DNA of 63,245 bases, filler included, from Licmophora abbreviata (Eukaryota): NCBI GenBank assembly GCA_900291995.1. It is 11 parts of 11 records of this genome, joined end to end, with 100 filler letters (N's around TTAATTAATTAA, not from the genome) between each part and the next. Parts side by side here need not be neighbours in the genome. Positions count along the whole stretch, not along the records: positions 1 to 22,385 come from OLMU01004912.1; 10 more parts are not named here. The stretch is one strand, 5' to 3'. Both the position numbers and the translations under genes were made by a program. Position 1 is the first letter of the stretch, and each line of letters starts with the position of its first letter. Shown here piece by piece: positions 11,501 to 21,182 of this stretch. Below the pieces are notes generated by a model. The model worked only from the letters and a program-made list of their open reading frames with translations, did no database searches and was not told the origin of the DNA.

Positions 11501-13495
11501 TCGCATCGGTCGCACTTCGTTTTGGTCATTTGATTCGTTGCTATCCGTCGACGGGACACGTACGACTGTCGTTTCTACGCCTTCGCGATCCGCACTCTGA
11601 CCGGCAGTCATGGCTCGCATCGAGGTGACACCCTCTGAGACTGTCTTCTTCCGTAGCAATCGCCGCTCCTTCAGTCGCTCATCTTTATCGTTGACAGGGA
11701 TACTCGCAATGCGTTTGGGGTGCCTCTCTCCCAGAACAGAGCGAAGCTCGCCAGTGTCGGACGAGACAAAATCTGCCATCAAATTGAAGTGCGTCGACCT
11801 TCGGCGGAGATCAACATCTTCCATCGTCTTACTACCAGCCTTTTTCGGCTTTCCCTGGATGGCGCTGAGAAGCGTCCTGCCTGCAGCCGTCACTGTGCAG
11901 GCAGCAGCATCGTCGGACGAATCCGGAGTACTTTCGCCATCTTCCTCCCAATCCAACGAGTCGCCAAGTGTCACTTCGTCCATTTCTTCCATACGTTTGC
12001 GCTGCGCCTCTTCTAAACGGAACCGGGCTAGCGTCTCGTGCAGTCTCCGGTGATTCACCAACTGGCCGAGGCTGGTACATAGCGTATATCGCGGAATTAC
12101 ATGTGCCATGATGGCCACGAAAGCTACGTAGCACCCAAAGACGACCAGCAAAAGCCACCTGCCATCCATCATGGACGACGAGTTAGCAGCAATGTCATCC
12201 CAGAACACTAACAGAATGGCGAGAGCAATTGCAAATCCAAACTGCATGAATTGAATCAACGATGTCACATATCGTGGATCATTTCCCCAAAACAAGGCCA
12301 ATTGACTGGAAATTTCTCTCTCACTTTCACTCAACGCGATCCCAATCTTAACTTCGCCCCCTTCTGTATTCGTTTGATCTTTGGCTGTCAGTTTCATGTG
12401 AATGATCTTGTTGAATATGCGCTTCATCTTGTCAAAAATCACCAACGAAGCCACGACAAACAAGATGTTCAGTGAAAGAAATATGACAGTCAGGGCATCC
12501 TCTGCCGTGCCCACATCTTCTGTCACCGTCACGCTGATGCCCAAGAGGAAGTAAATGAGATTGACCCCGCCCAGCAACAGCAGCCACGCAAAGGTCGTAA
12601 TGTGCACCAGCTTTGTCAGCACATATAGCTCAGATCGTTTCAGGTAGTCCGACACTTTCAGTTTCAATGGGAGGTTGTTGGATCGCAAAAAATGCACCCG
12701 CAATTCATGAAAGCGTACTTGGATCAAGAGATCATTGTACTTGCGATTCAAATTAGGATAGCGTAAGAATCGATCAAATTTTCCTGAGAATGTCTTGATG
12801 CCCTTCCAGAGATTCCAATCAAGCATGTAGACGGAATCAACATCGGGGGTAGAACGATGCTGCTGATCTTCGTGATTGCGGTCCTCGAAATTCTCATCAC
12901 TGACCTGATGCTCATCACTAACCTCCAAGTGATGGCTCTGTTGTCGTCGCATGGAAGCGCTGCTACTCCTGTTCCTCTTCTTCTCCTCGTCTTGCGGCGT
13001 CCTGGGATATAGTATTTCGTGAATCCGTTCAAATTCTTCTCGTATTTCCACATAATGGTCCAGTTCAAGCTGTTCCGTTCGCACCCAAAGTCGATTCGAC
13101 ACGCGCGATACGCAAATTGCCATCAAGACGCTCTGAAAGGCATTGAAGAGTGCTGTGTAAAAGAGCGTAAAGTGGACATCGGCAAAGACCTGTTCCTGCT
13201 GCAAATTGAGATCGTCGTAGTATTTGTGCAGAATGAAGATGAAGAACTCGACGATGCCCAGAGTGGCCAGCTCTCTGTAGACTCCCTCCAGTACAGTCTT
13301 AAAGAAGGGCCGGCCCGTCGCTGCCACATCGATGCGATGTCGAACGAGCTCGACGACGAGAATGAGTCCCAATGTGGTAACGAAGACTGAGAGGATGGTG
13401 TAGTCCAGCGCATTCGATCCTGCGGCGCCAGCCAACGATCTTCTGACGAGGATGTCTCTGTAGGGTCTAGTAGTAAACTCATGAGAAGATGACAT
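8576..13495 (-). CDS. MLO: MLO-like multi-pass membrane protein with C-terminal voltage-sensor-like 4-TM segment and PH-like domain
   Basis: Single ~1639-aa frame. MLO-type motifs ELATLGIVEF, VHFTLFYTALF, FHELRVHF..KVSDYLKRS..LVHITTFAW and LFWGNDPRYVTSLIQF. Later GIFDVLL..LIALRVLRF, then WTVVDVVLTKHEIVYFD..ALQWCQTC. Confidence 0.75.
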   Translation of the reverse strand: MSSSHEFTTRPYRDILVRRSLAGAAGSNALDYTILSVFVTTLGLILVVELVRHRIDVAATGRPFFKTVLEGVYRELATLGIVEFFIFILHKYYDDLNLQQEQVFADVHFTLFYTALFNAFQSVLMAICVSRVSNRLWVRTEQLELDHYVEIREEFERIHEILYPRTPQDEEKKRNRSSSASMRRQQSHHLEVSDEHQVSDENFEDRNHEDQQHRSTPDVDSVYMLDWNLWKGIKTFSGKFDRFLRYPNLNRKYNDLLIQVRFHELRVHFLRSNNLPLKLKVSDYLKRSELYVLTKLVHITTFAWLLLLGGVNLIYFLLGISVTVTEDVGTAEDALTVIFLSLNILFVVASLVIFDKMKRIFNKIIHMKLTAKDQTNTEGGEVKIGIALSESEREISSQLALFWGNDPRYVTSLIQFMQFGFAIALAILLVFWDDIAANSSSMMDGRWLLLVVFGCYVAFVAIMAHVIPRYTLCTSLGQLVNHRRLHETLARFRLEEAQRKRMEEMDEVTLGDSLDWEEDGESTPDSSDDAAACTVTAAGRTLLSAIQGKPKKAGSKTMEDVDLRRRSTHFNLMADFVSSDTGELRSVLGERHPKRIASIPVNDKDERLKERRLLRKKTVSEGVTSMRAMTAGQSADREGVETTVVRVPSTDSNESNDQNEVRPMRRQRRKTQSASASIQMMRDVTPRQASAKWGLEPLPEGRPSRANNSVSNPQLLADLVMMDTKNLRGSLGLGDDEGFMARNDQRVSAREARMRERRKRRKSVSDGVALMRQVGMSEAASEVLEKTTEHAEEHGAPLRDRRSSYRERRKSHSDSDNLKQMRRGEVERPRSAEKQDWGKPSNGGDAIVVASPGAHSPSAFHSTDDQDPSKGTSLAMENDGSSLDRFDSNVSDDGHSNVDDIPEMDPIFKQRQCAEPDPRPSLREVARDYFLSRKYHMVSAIFGTMICFFVVSQRVETLLLATCVLPDTENTFHGALNVLFWSEAALLVCFILISSMSIVIFAPEGRSNFRCRTRLVAGIFDVLLCGACFALLMIAEVQRCCDKENARFLAETDDKENCSVDEGCCPTFGTRSYGGLGNIEPFTSLIALRVLRFYISKKVLLFMSPRVGMSTPTPADEQTERLHGHPVHPTFDRKEQTYEQNPSMEDEKGTVVELWKYALGLYPDIVQQHGEFSGELLQAMLGIEVLESSEKNAPLSPKTESPRKAARGESDEDRHMAFKVEKRYSTLSPDVQSIILSGKLGRTVKSSARNATVDDDRTIGTTGRVSFPAHSLQALVEAEPVDKFTDKVAPTFEFGIDESIVSSIDPLSALVAPNSRLVRSMRRCDRRLPPLLDEWTVVDVVLTKHEIVYFDVGDIDNFLHSDRTAEDIARIESVYEALAATRGGKGLRLRDVAAGRKIVGHQALASIDSIHVERVVPYDIAVDNECNMSSEHLEEVHDEFWKPSYVAGRSTRTQRWQQLKEDRLKIHSHHETLYLRFYSDLEDSEASRDRCLNEREEDGPIFKNNALQWCQTCVRLCGGDQLKQKFPHYGEDSSDELRDYIQVVDSEEAEKNHGMMKKLKKKIHHRRASSSNLMALGVAAEPVTGTTTASTKAAAYRRSSSVGESDSSMTAPRPVLFHRSSSTGDLESIPGSKKGLDIV

Positions 13496-13838
13496 GGTGG
13501 TGAGGAAGCGTGTGTGTGTGTGTGTCAAACGGAGAAGCAAGACTCCATGGCCGGCATTGACACTGTCATGGTCGTCGTCGCAGATCCAAAACTGGCCGGA
13601 GATTCTCAGATTTTGAAGGATAAAATGTCTTCACGTACGAAGACTGACTCACTCACTCATCAATGTTCGAGGAATGTCAATTGCAGATTTGGTCAAAATT
13701 CCAAAATTCAATATGTTTCATCAAATTGAGAATTCAGAACCGACCATGATGATGGCGCCGACACCGATACGGCAGGACTTACAATGTGCGTTGGTGTTGA
13801 GCGACCACTCCACAGTGTATCAATAGTATCGTTGCATC

Positions 13839-15530
13839 ATGAGCAGTGGCCTGTCAGACACCGCCCCGACGCAGAGAGCTTCGGCAAAAGCCAAAGTGAA
13901 TGCCAGTTGGGCCGATCGACGACGACGAAGTGTACTTTCCAAGCAGCAACAACAAAAACAAGGAATAGTGCCTAGCCGAACTAGCCATGAATCCTCCCAT
14001 GTTCACCAGCGACAAGCACCTATCAGCGAAGAAGGAGAGAGAGATGTTTCACGCGTGTCGTTGTGTCGTCTGATTCGTCATGCCTGGGACCAGGCCGCGC
14101 TGGAAGTCGGCAGAACCTTTCAGCCCAAGGCGCCCGCTTCCAAGTCCTCTGCTGCGTCCATATCGACGAACGTCGAAAACACGAAAACCTTTCCTTCTGT
14201 GCTAGAAATCTTGCAAGCGACAGCGGTCGCGTCTCAAGTGGAAACTATACTGTCACAGGAGGAGACTCTTTCTGCTGATAACGGCGACACTACGGCCATA
14301 ATGTCAATCCTTCCCGCCACATACGACTGGGACAAGGCGATTCAGTCGAGCAGTATGAGTCGAAGTAGAGCCTTTCTCTTGTTGGACTTGGCAGCCTTGA
14401 TCAAGGCTCATTGGAAATGGACACGGAGACTTGGAGGCTGCATGTTGTCCTATGCGGTGCATCACAATCGCAGTGAGAAGTTGCTTGAACTGTGGAGTCG
14501 ACTGAACGTGAAACTCGCATGTACGCACAGTGTGGATGTGGAGGCGGCAGTAGCGGCGGTACAACGGGCGACTCCATCGCAGAGTACCAGTAGCGATCCG
14601 TCGCTCTTGTTGACAGACTGTGCGGCAAGAACTCGAAAGCCGACGGGATATATTAGACGATTCCTGGAGGCTCATCGTCAAGACCATACTACAAGGACAC
14701 CGCCATGCTTGGCAGTTGATGGACGTGATGAAGTGTATCGAATACTCAATACTGTACAGATGTTGTCGAAGCGGAGTCGCAATGTTGCTGTGAGCTCGGT
14801 GGACTTTCTATTGCGACTCCCTCGTGATAGAGACAGCTGGATGTCTTTGTTGCAATCCACACTCGATGTTACCAAGGCACCATCAAGTCGGCTCGTCGGC
14901 GTCAGTTTCGACTTGTTTCCTGAAGAATATTCATCAATGACTGAGGAAAGGGAAGTCGAGTATCTTGAGTCTCTTCGGAGTATGATAGACGAGGTCTGTA
15001 GTACGATCATCTCGTTCGACGACCATACCGCCGATGTTCGAATGGACGTCACAGCGCTGCCTAGCGAACCAAGCGTGGTCACCGCGTCTTGGCTCTCCAA
15101 TCTTGCTCAGTCGTATCCCATGGTGACCGTCGATGCCAGTTCCATGCTGATGGAAAATGCTGGCGCCCTCTGCACTCGAATCATTGGAGCAAAGGACGAC
15201 GCCGAACATGACACGAGGCATTACTATATCGACGACGGCTGTTACGGATCGCTGTACAGTGGCCACGGCACTCAGATTTTCAGACCCCTCCCTCTATTCG
15301 CAGTCTCAGAGCAAGGCAGTCACCAGGTTGTAAATTCTACTGTCTGGGGTCCCACCTGCGATGGACTCGACAAGGTATGCGGCAACATTTCATTGCCGCA
15401 ACTCCACGTCGACGAATGGCTTGTCTTTCCCAACATGGGCTGTGGTGGTGGAATGGGAACGGCATTCAATGGATTCGATCCCCCCGATACGGTGTACTGC
15501 GTCCTTGGATACTTTCGAAACAAACAATGA
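13839..15530 (+). CDS. Ornithine decarboxylase-family homolog lacking the PLP-binding lysine (probable pseudoenzyme)
   Basis: AFLLLDL..W..L..YAVHHN (ODC has YAVKCN). C-terminal YYIDDGCYGSL, STVWGPTCDGLD, LPQLHVDEWLVFPNMG and AFNGF match ODC. Confidence 0.8.
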   Translation: MSSGLSDTAPTQRASAKAKVNASWADRRRRSVLSKQQQQKQGIVPSRTSHESSHVHQRQAPISEEGERDVSRVSLCRLIRHAWDQAALEVGRTFQPKAPASKSSAASISTNVENTKTFPSVLEILQATAVASQVETILSQEETLSADNGDTTAIMSILPATYDWDKAIQSSSMSRSRAFLLLDLAALIKAHWKWTRRLGGCMLSYAVHHNRSEKLLELWSRLNVKLACTHSVDVEAAVAAVQRATPSQSTSSDPSLLLTDCAARTRKPTGYIRRFLEAHRQDHTTRTPPCLAVDGRDEVYRILNTVQMLSKRSRNVAVSSVDFLLRLPRDRDSWMSLLQSTLDVTKAPSSRLVGVSFDLFPEEYSSMTEEREVEYLESLRSMIDEVCSTIISFDDHTADVRMDVTALPSEPSVVTASWLSNLAQSYPMVTVDASSMLMENAGALCTRIIGAKDDAEHDTRHYYIDDGCYGSLYSGHGTQIFRPLPLFAVSEQGSHQVVNSTVWGPTCDGLDKVCGNISLPQLHVDEWLVFPNMGCGGGMGTAFNGFDPPDTVYCVLGYFRNKQ

Positions 15531-15594
15531 AATGAGCTATCATCATAGGAGGATAGCAGGTGCCAAAATAGAGAAGGAGCTACTTAAAAGTAAA

Positions 15595-17797
15595 CTACCG
15601 TGCCTCTTCCTCCATCTCGGGAAACATTCGTATCGGATGCGCTTCTGTATTGAAGACATGCTTGTTTAGAATATCCACTTCTGTGTCAGGATCAAACAAC
15701 AGATACAGGTATTTTAGCGTTTCCGCCAGAAAAAAGCTCTCCATGCTATCCTTTGGCACCCCCGTCGTTCGCCGCACGTCCGTCAATGCGCCATACGCAA
15801 ACTTGGTCTTGCAATAGCGTTCAATGGCTTGAAAGACCTCCCACCCCCACTCGCGGTAGATCGGATCGCCCGTGAGAGTATTCAAAATGTAAAAGCTCTC
15901 CACCGTTTCGGGTCGCAACAGATAGTGCGGTGCACCGCGGCCGGGCTCAAAGTCGGATCCGTTGTGAAACTGCACAAATTCGGCGGCGATTCCCGTTGGC
16001 ATGCGTGCGTACATTTGATAGCATGTGTACGTCAAGGCCTATAGTGGAGTGCAATAGTAGTAGTAGAAGTAGTAGTATATATTGCAATGGATGCGAACCA
16101 CCATACAGGTGAGATTGGTCACACACATACACATACGACAATGACCCAACACACACACACACACACACCTTTCCAGTCCTCAAATCTCGTTGCGCGCGTT
16201 CCGACTCGAGTCCCAATGGATCCGTGTATGCTCCCAGAGCAAGGAGTCCCCCCATGAAGCAGACCAAATGGTCCATCTTGGTATCCAACCGATCCCCACT
16301 CTTGTCTGCAATATAGGTCAATTCCGACGGCACCGACCGTTGCAACAATTCATCGTGCATGCCCTGTATACTCTTGTCGTACATGTCTCGATACATGGTT
16401 TCCACCTTTCCACCCTGCAACCAGACTTTGAGCATGTACTCGTAAAAGGAGTCCGCCATGGCCCCAAAGGTAAGTTTGTTGTTGGAAAATTCCGGTGTTT
16501 GTTTGGAAATCCGTACAAAGTAGGGATAGAGTCCGTGAGGCGGATTCATATCGTGCAAGAGTTGAAAGGCTCGTTCGGCCGCAGTGGCATACTTGGGAGT
16601 TTGCGTCGCCTTGGCCAAGTAGCGAAATTCCACTTGGCAGGTCCCTCCCTCTGCCAGGATGGCACTCCCTCCCGTCCATCCAATCGTAGTGGTCCGGCCC
16701 GTCCCAAGATTGACTTGCGAATATGGAAATCCCGAAGGCGAGGCAAAGGCATGAAACAGCCGATCCCCCAGATCCTTGGCCTTGTCTAAAAAGACACGAT
16801 CCCCACTCCAATCATAGGCACTGAGGAGTCCCCCCAAACTCCGAATCGTCGTTTCAAAGAAACTGACACTCCCCGCCGTCGCACTGAAATCCAAGTCGGT
16901 CCTCACCCACTCCTTGGCTCTCTCGAACTCTTCCTTCATTCCCATGAGCCATAGCGTGTCGAGCGAATCGACCAAGGTCGTTCCCATCCCACCCCAATGC
17001 GAGGTCCCACTCCCAGTGCGCGGTGTCAATTCATCCTTCCCAAAGGCATAGCGCTCGTAGGACGACCAGGCATGCTGCATGGCGTTCTTGACATGGAGGC
17101 GTCGCGAGCGAGCCAAGTCGTCGTCTCGAATAGAGGATGTTGTAGTAGTAGTAATAGTAGTAGTAGATGTAGTAGTATAGAGGTAGGGCGTCCCTCCATA
17201 CTTGTATTCTGGAAAGCGATCACCACCGGGAGCTTGCCATGTAGTAAAGTCGTGGTGAGGATCGACGAGTGTATCGGGCATGTAGGGGTACGGGAGAGTG
17301 GTGGAGCCTGTGGTGGTGGTGTCAATCTGTTGTTGTTGTTGTTGTTGTTGTTCTGTAGTGGGTGACTCGTCTTGTTGTGTTTGTTGTTCGGTGGTCGTAT
17401 CGTCTCGAGGTGCATTCGCAGTGGTGGAGGATTCCTCGTCGTCATCGTTTGTGTCCATGTCATCGTTCGTGTTGGCATTCTTGTTGCTGCTCGTCGTATC
17501 ATCCTGCACTACAACGACCATTTCTTGTTGTGGTGGTGGAGTGAGGTGACGCAAGAGTGCATGTGGACTCGTACTAGTAGTAGTGCTAGTAGCACTACCA
17601 CTAGTAGCACTACCACTAGTAGCACTACTAGTAGCACTACTAGTAGCAGTCAACGACAAGAGAGAGGAGCCCATGTACACGAGGACAAGCAAGACCGTGG
17701 CCAGAATGGACAGGACGGTGGCCAAGATCCACGCGTTGGAGCGGACGCCGCCGCTTTTGCCAGTCCCTCGTCTTCGATGCAAGGCCGAGGGTGGCAT
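15595..17797 (-). CDS. Class I alpha-1,2-mannosidase (GH47), type II membrane protein; intron 16039..16168
   Basis: AWSSYERYAFGKDEL, TLVDSLDTLWLMG, FETTIRSLGGLLSAY, ADSFYEYMLK, MDHLVCF, LRPETVES, MESFFLAETLKYLYLLF, FNTEAHP. The GT-AG intron restores TGK|ALTYTC. N-terminal TM and Thr-rich stem. Confidence 0.95.
17585..17650. repeat. 15-nt tandem repeat encoding SATSS/SATSG in the mannosidase stem
   Basis: ctagtagcactac(c/t)a units repeated about 4 times. Confidence 0.8.
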
Positions 17798-18438
17798 ACT
17801 GTAGTGAATCAATGTGACTCAATGAATGAATGAATGAATGTGAACGGAGTCGTTGTCTCGTTTGCGCTCGTGTTTGTGGCATCTAGTATGCTACGATTGC
17901 AATGATACAATACTACTAACGGCTCTCGACTGCTATTTCTTTTTTGTTTTTTGTTTTTTGTTTTTTGTCATCCCAAATGACCACCATGGTCCGTCCGTCA
18001 GTCCGTCTGTAGGTATCGGAGGAATGTCATTTTCCATTCACGTGCGAGTGTGTCTGTCTGTCGTGTCTGTTGGAGTGCACACACGACTACTCATAAGTCT
18101 TCATAGATATATACCAACTATATACTAGTATACGGGCGCGCCACGAGCCAGTATACTCACTCGACCTTGGAGTGTCGCGCTTTTTCCACACTTTGACAAT
18201 AAATCAAGACTGACACACTCTGTGCTTCGTAGTGTAGTAGTGGTGTGGTTTCCTGCGTGTTGTCGTCTCAGTGATAGACACGACGAACCTCTGTTTGCCT
18301 TCCGCCTTCGACTCGAGGGAAGCACGGATGCACTCCATCGAGATCTCATTTGTAGTAGTCTACAAGTAGTAGTAGTAGTAGTAGTATACGTTCGGTTGTT
18401 GTTGTGGCAGTCTAATACAACGAACCTCCTCCTTTCTC

Positions 18439-21027
18439 ATGCCTTCCATGCGTACTACCAGAACAACAACAAGTACAACGACGACCACTACTTCTACTAC
18501 TCATAGTAGTACAGGATCTGCCGCCGCACGATCCGTCACTTCCTCCTACTCGGGAGTCTCCTACTCGTCCGCCCTCTCGAGACACACGTGGCTCAGTACT
18601 ACTACTACTTCTTCTACTATCTCTGCTCCTCCTTCTGTCTCTCGCCCCTTTCACAAAGCATCCAAAACACGACAAATCTTGGGTCGCAACAACAACAACA
18701 GCAAGAAGTACAACAAACTTGCCGTCCTCGTCGTGCGACGCGAATGGCAAAAGGTCTTGATTCGATCCACCAGGATTCCACAGGAAGTCTTGCAACCCAT
18801 CCTGGTCGACTTGCTACAACAACACTACCATGCACGTGTTCTTCATCTCTGTCTTGCCCTGCAACCACCGGCCAAGGTAGTACACACCATCTTGTCGGTA
18901 TACAATAGTACTAGTATGTCTACTACTGCTGCCACTACTACTACTACTTGGTAGACGAAAGAGAACTTCCAATACTACTACTACTACTTCTAGTACTACT
19001 ACAAACCCATCTCATGTCTTCATGATGCGGAAACAACACACGAAACAACACACTGCCTTGAAACAATTCTTCTTCTTCTTTGGAAACAAGAAGCGACGAA
19101 AGTCTATTCCACAGACGACAAAACGAATTGTGTCGCCTGAGAAGGACGACAAGAAGCCTATCACATCATCCGTGCGAAACAAAAGTACTACTCGTTTCGA
19201 GTCGTCGTTCCGAAACACTCCTAGTACCATTCAGGAAGAAGAAGAAGTGGATGACGAAGCGGATGACAAGAGTTATGGAGATATGCAGGATGATTACGAT
19301 GACACGCAACACGAGAGGGACGACTATGTTCCCATGCGGCACCGTGGAGGAGTGTGTACCGTCCAAACGTCCATTGCGCCAGAAGAAGAAGAAGAAGAAG
19401 AGGAGGAAATGGAAGACTTTGTCATGGAGAGAACGCAAGGTGAAGCGGCGATTGGAGCGGTAGAGTCCTTTTCGTCGTCGTCGTCGTCGTCTTCTCTCAG
19501 TGTCGCACTCGAGGCTACTGGTGTCGTCGTGAATCGAGCTGCAGATGAGTTGTCGTCATCGGGAGCGATGCCACAAAGCAATGGTCCCTTACTGTCCGAA
19601 ACGACGCCTTCGATCACTCACCAGCAGTGGGACTTGGATGCGCTCTTGGAGCAGGCGGACTCGCTCTTGCCGATTCACGTGGCGTGCTTGTATCGCGCGT
19701 CGCCCGAAGTCCTGCAATTGCTGTTGGAGGCCAACCCGCAGTCGACTTCCGTCATGGCCATGGGGCTGTTGCCCATTCACATGGTCTGTGCGGGATTGGA
19801 CTTGCCGCCTCCCGTCGAGGCGCCCCCGTCGATCTTTCCCATGCCGGAATTGGAGGAAGACGAGTACAAGTTGGCGGAAACGATTTATGTCTTGGCACAG
19901 CATGATCCGAGTACGCTTGTTACGAGGAGTAAAATCCATGGGATGACGCCTCTCGAGTACATTGAAGAGACATTGGAGGATGGAGAGTACAAGCAATTGT
20001 GTTTCAGTGTGCTGGAAGAGGCAGGGTGGCAAGCGCGGGTGCAGGAACGCTACCACAGTGTCAATTCGACGGCGTCAAGTAGTGGGTGAGTACAAATGTG
20101 GTTGAGGCATACATTATTTATATGGATAAGGAGCAGCACTCTTTGGTTCTGGAAAGCAAAGCACTCGTCGCTCACCAGTCCTTTTTTCTCCGATTCACTG
20201 TCCTATTTTTCGTTTCATAGAAGCCCCGAGGACTGGATGCGGTACGACCGCTACATTCCGTCCGAAATCATGTGCGATAGTACAATCCCATCCCATGATG
20301 GCGAGGAAGACGACAAGGTGATCATTGTTCCAGAACTCAGAACTCGGCGAGGGAGATCGCCACTGTACTCGCTCATGCTCTCCAAGGATTGGGCACTTGT
20401 ATTCCAAGTAATCGAACAGGATCCGGAGCAGGCATGCGAGTGGCAATATGGCATTGAGATGGACCCTTTTGGCGATTCCGACGAGCCCCGGCTCTACAAG
20501 CGTCTCCCGATCCATTTCGCTTGCACAATGCATGCTCCTGTCGAAGTCTTGGAAGCGCTCTTTCAGGCGTACCCCAAGGGCCTCACGTCAGAGGATCCCT
20601 ACACCGGCGATCTCCCCTTGCACTTGGCATGCCGCAGCGAGGCACCGGCAGAGTTGGTGGAATCGCTCCTCGTCGCGCACCCCAGAGCAACCCGACAGAT
20701 CGACAAGAATGGTCGACTTCCGCTTCACTGGGCGTGCCTAGCAGGCTCGACGCTTTCGACCATCCAGTCTCTCATCAAGGCCTATCCACATTCCAGCAGT
20801 GTCGTGGACAACAAGAAATATACTCCGCTGACTATGCAAGACAAAACACGGAGCTGGACGAATCTACAGTCGTGTTCCTCTCGAGCATTTGCAGGATTCT
20901 CGACAGGGAGATTCAACGAAGCGAGAGCGCTTTGGCTGCCATTGCGGAGGAAAGCACTTCGCAGGAACCATCTCTGTGCGACGACTCATCGGTGGAGTCT
21001 GTCTGTGAGATGTTGAGAGGCATATGA
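18439..21027 (+). CDS. Ankyrin-like repeat (LPxHxAC) protein; intron 20086..20220; frame breaks near 18900-18960 and 20829
   Basis: Repeated LPIHVAC, LPIHMVC, LPIHFAC, LPLHLAC and LPLHWAC. The intron gtgagt..ttcatag joins in phase. KKYTPL continues as DYARQN in another frame. Linkage of the 18439..18954 part is uncertain. Confidence 0.65.
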
Positions 21028-21182
21028 GAATTATCCGAGACCCACTGGACATGCATTACTATTATTTGCAGTGTGAACGAGACGCTCTAGAAAATTAAAC
21101 ATCCACTTTACACACAAATCGTGGACTAATCAGTCGGAAGTTCAATCAACTAATTTTTTTTTCATTCATGTCCACACACTCT

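Noticed and set aside
17130..19000. (TAG/CTA)n, (TTG)n and (GAAT)n tracts as a functional array
   Set aside because: Ordinary microsatellites, mostly encoding poly-Thr/Gln/Asn/Ser linkers.
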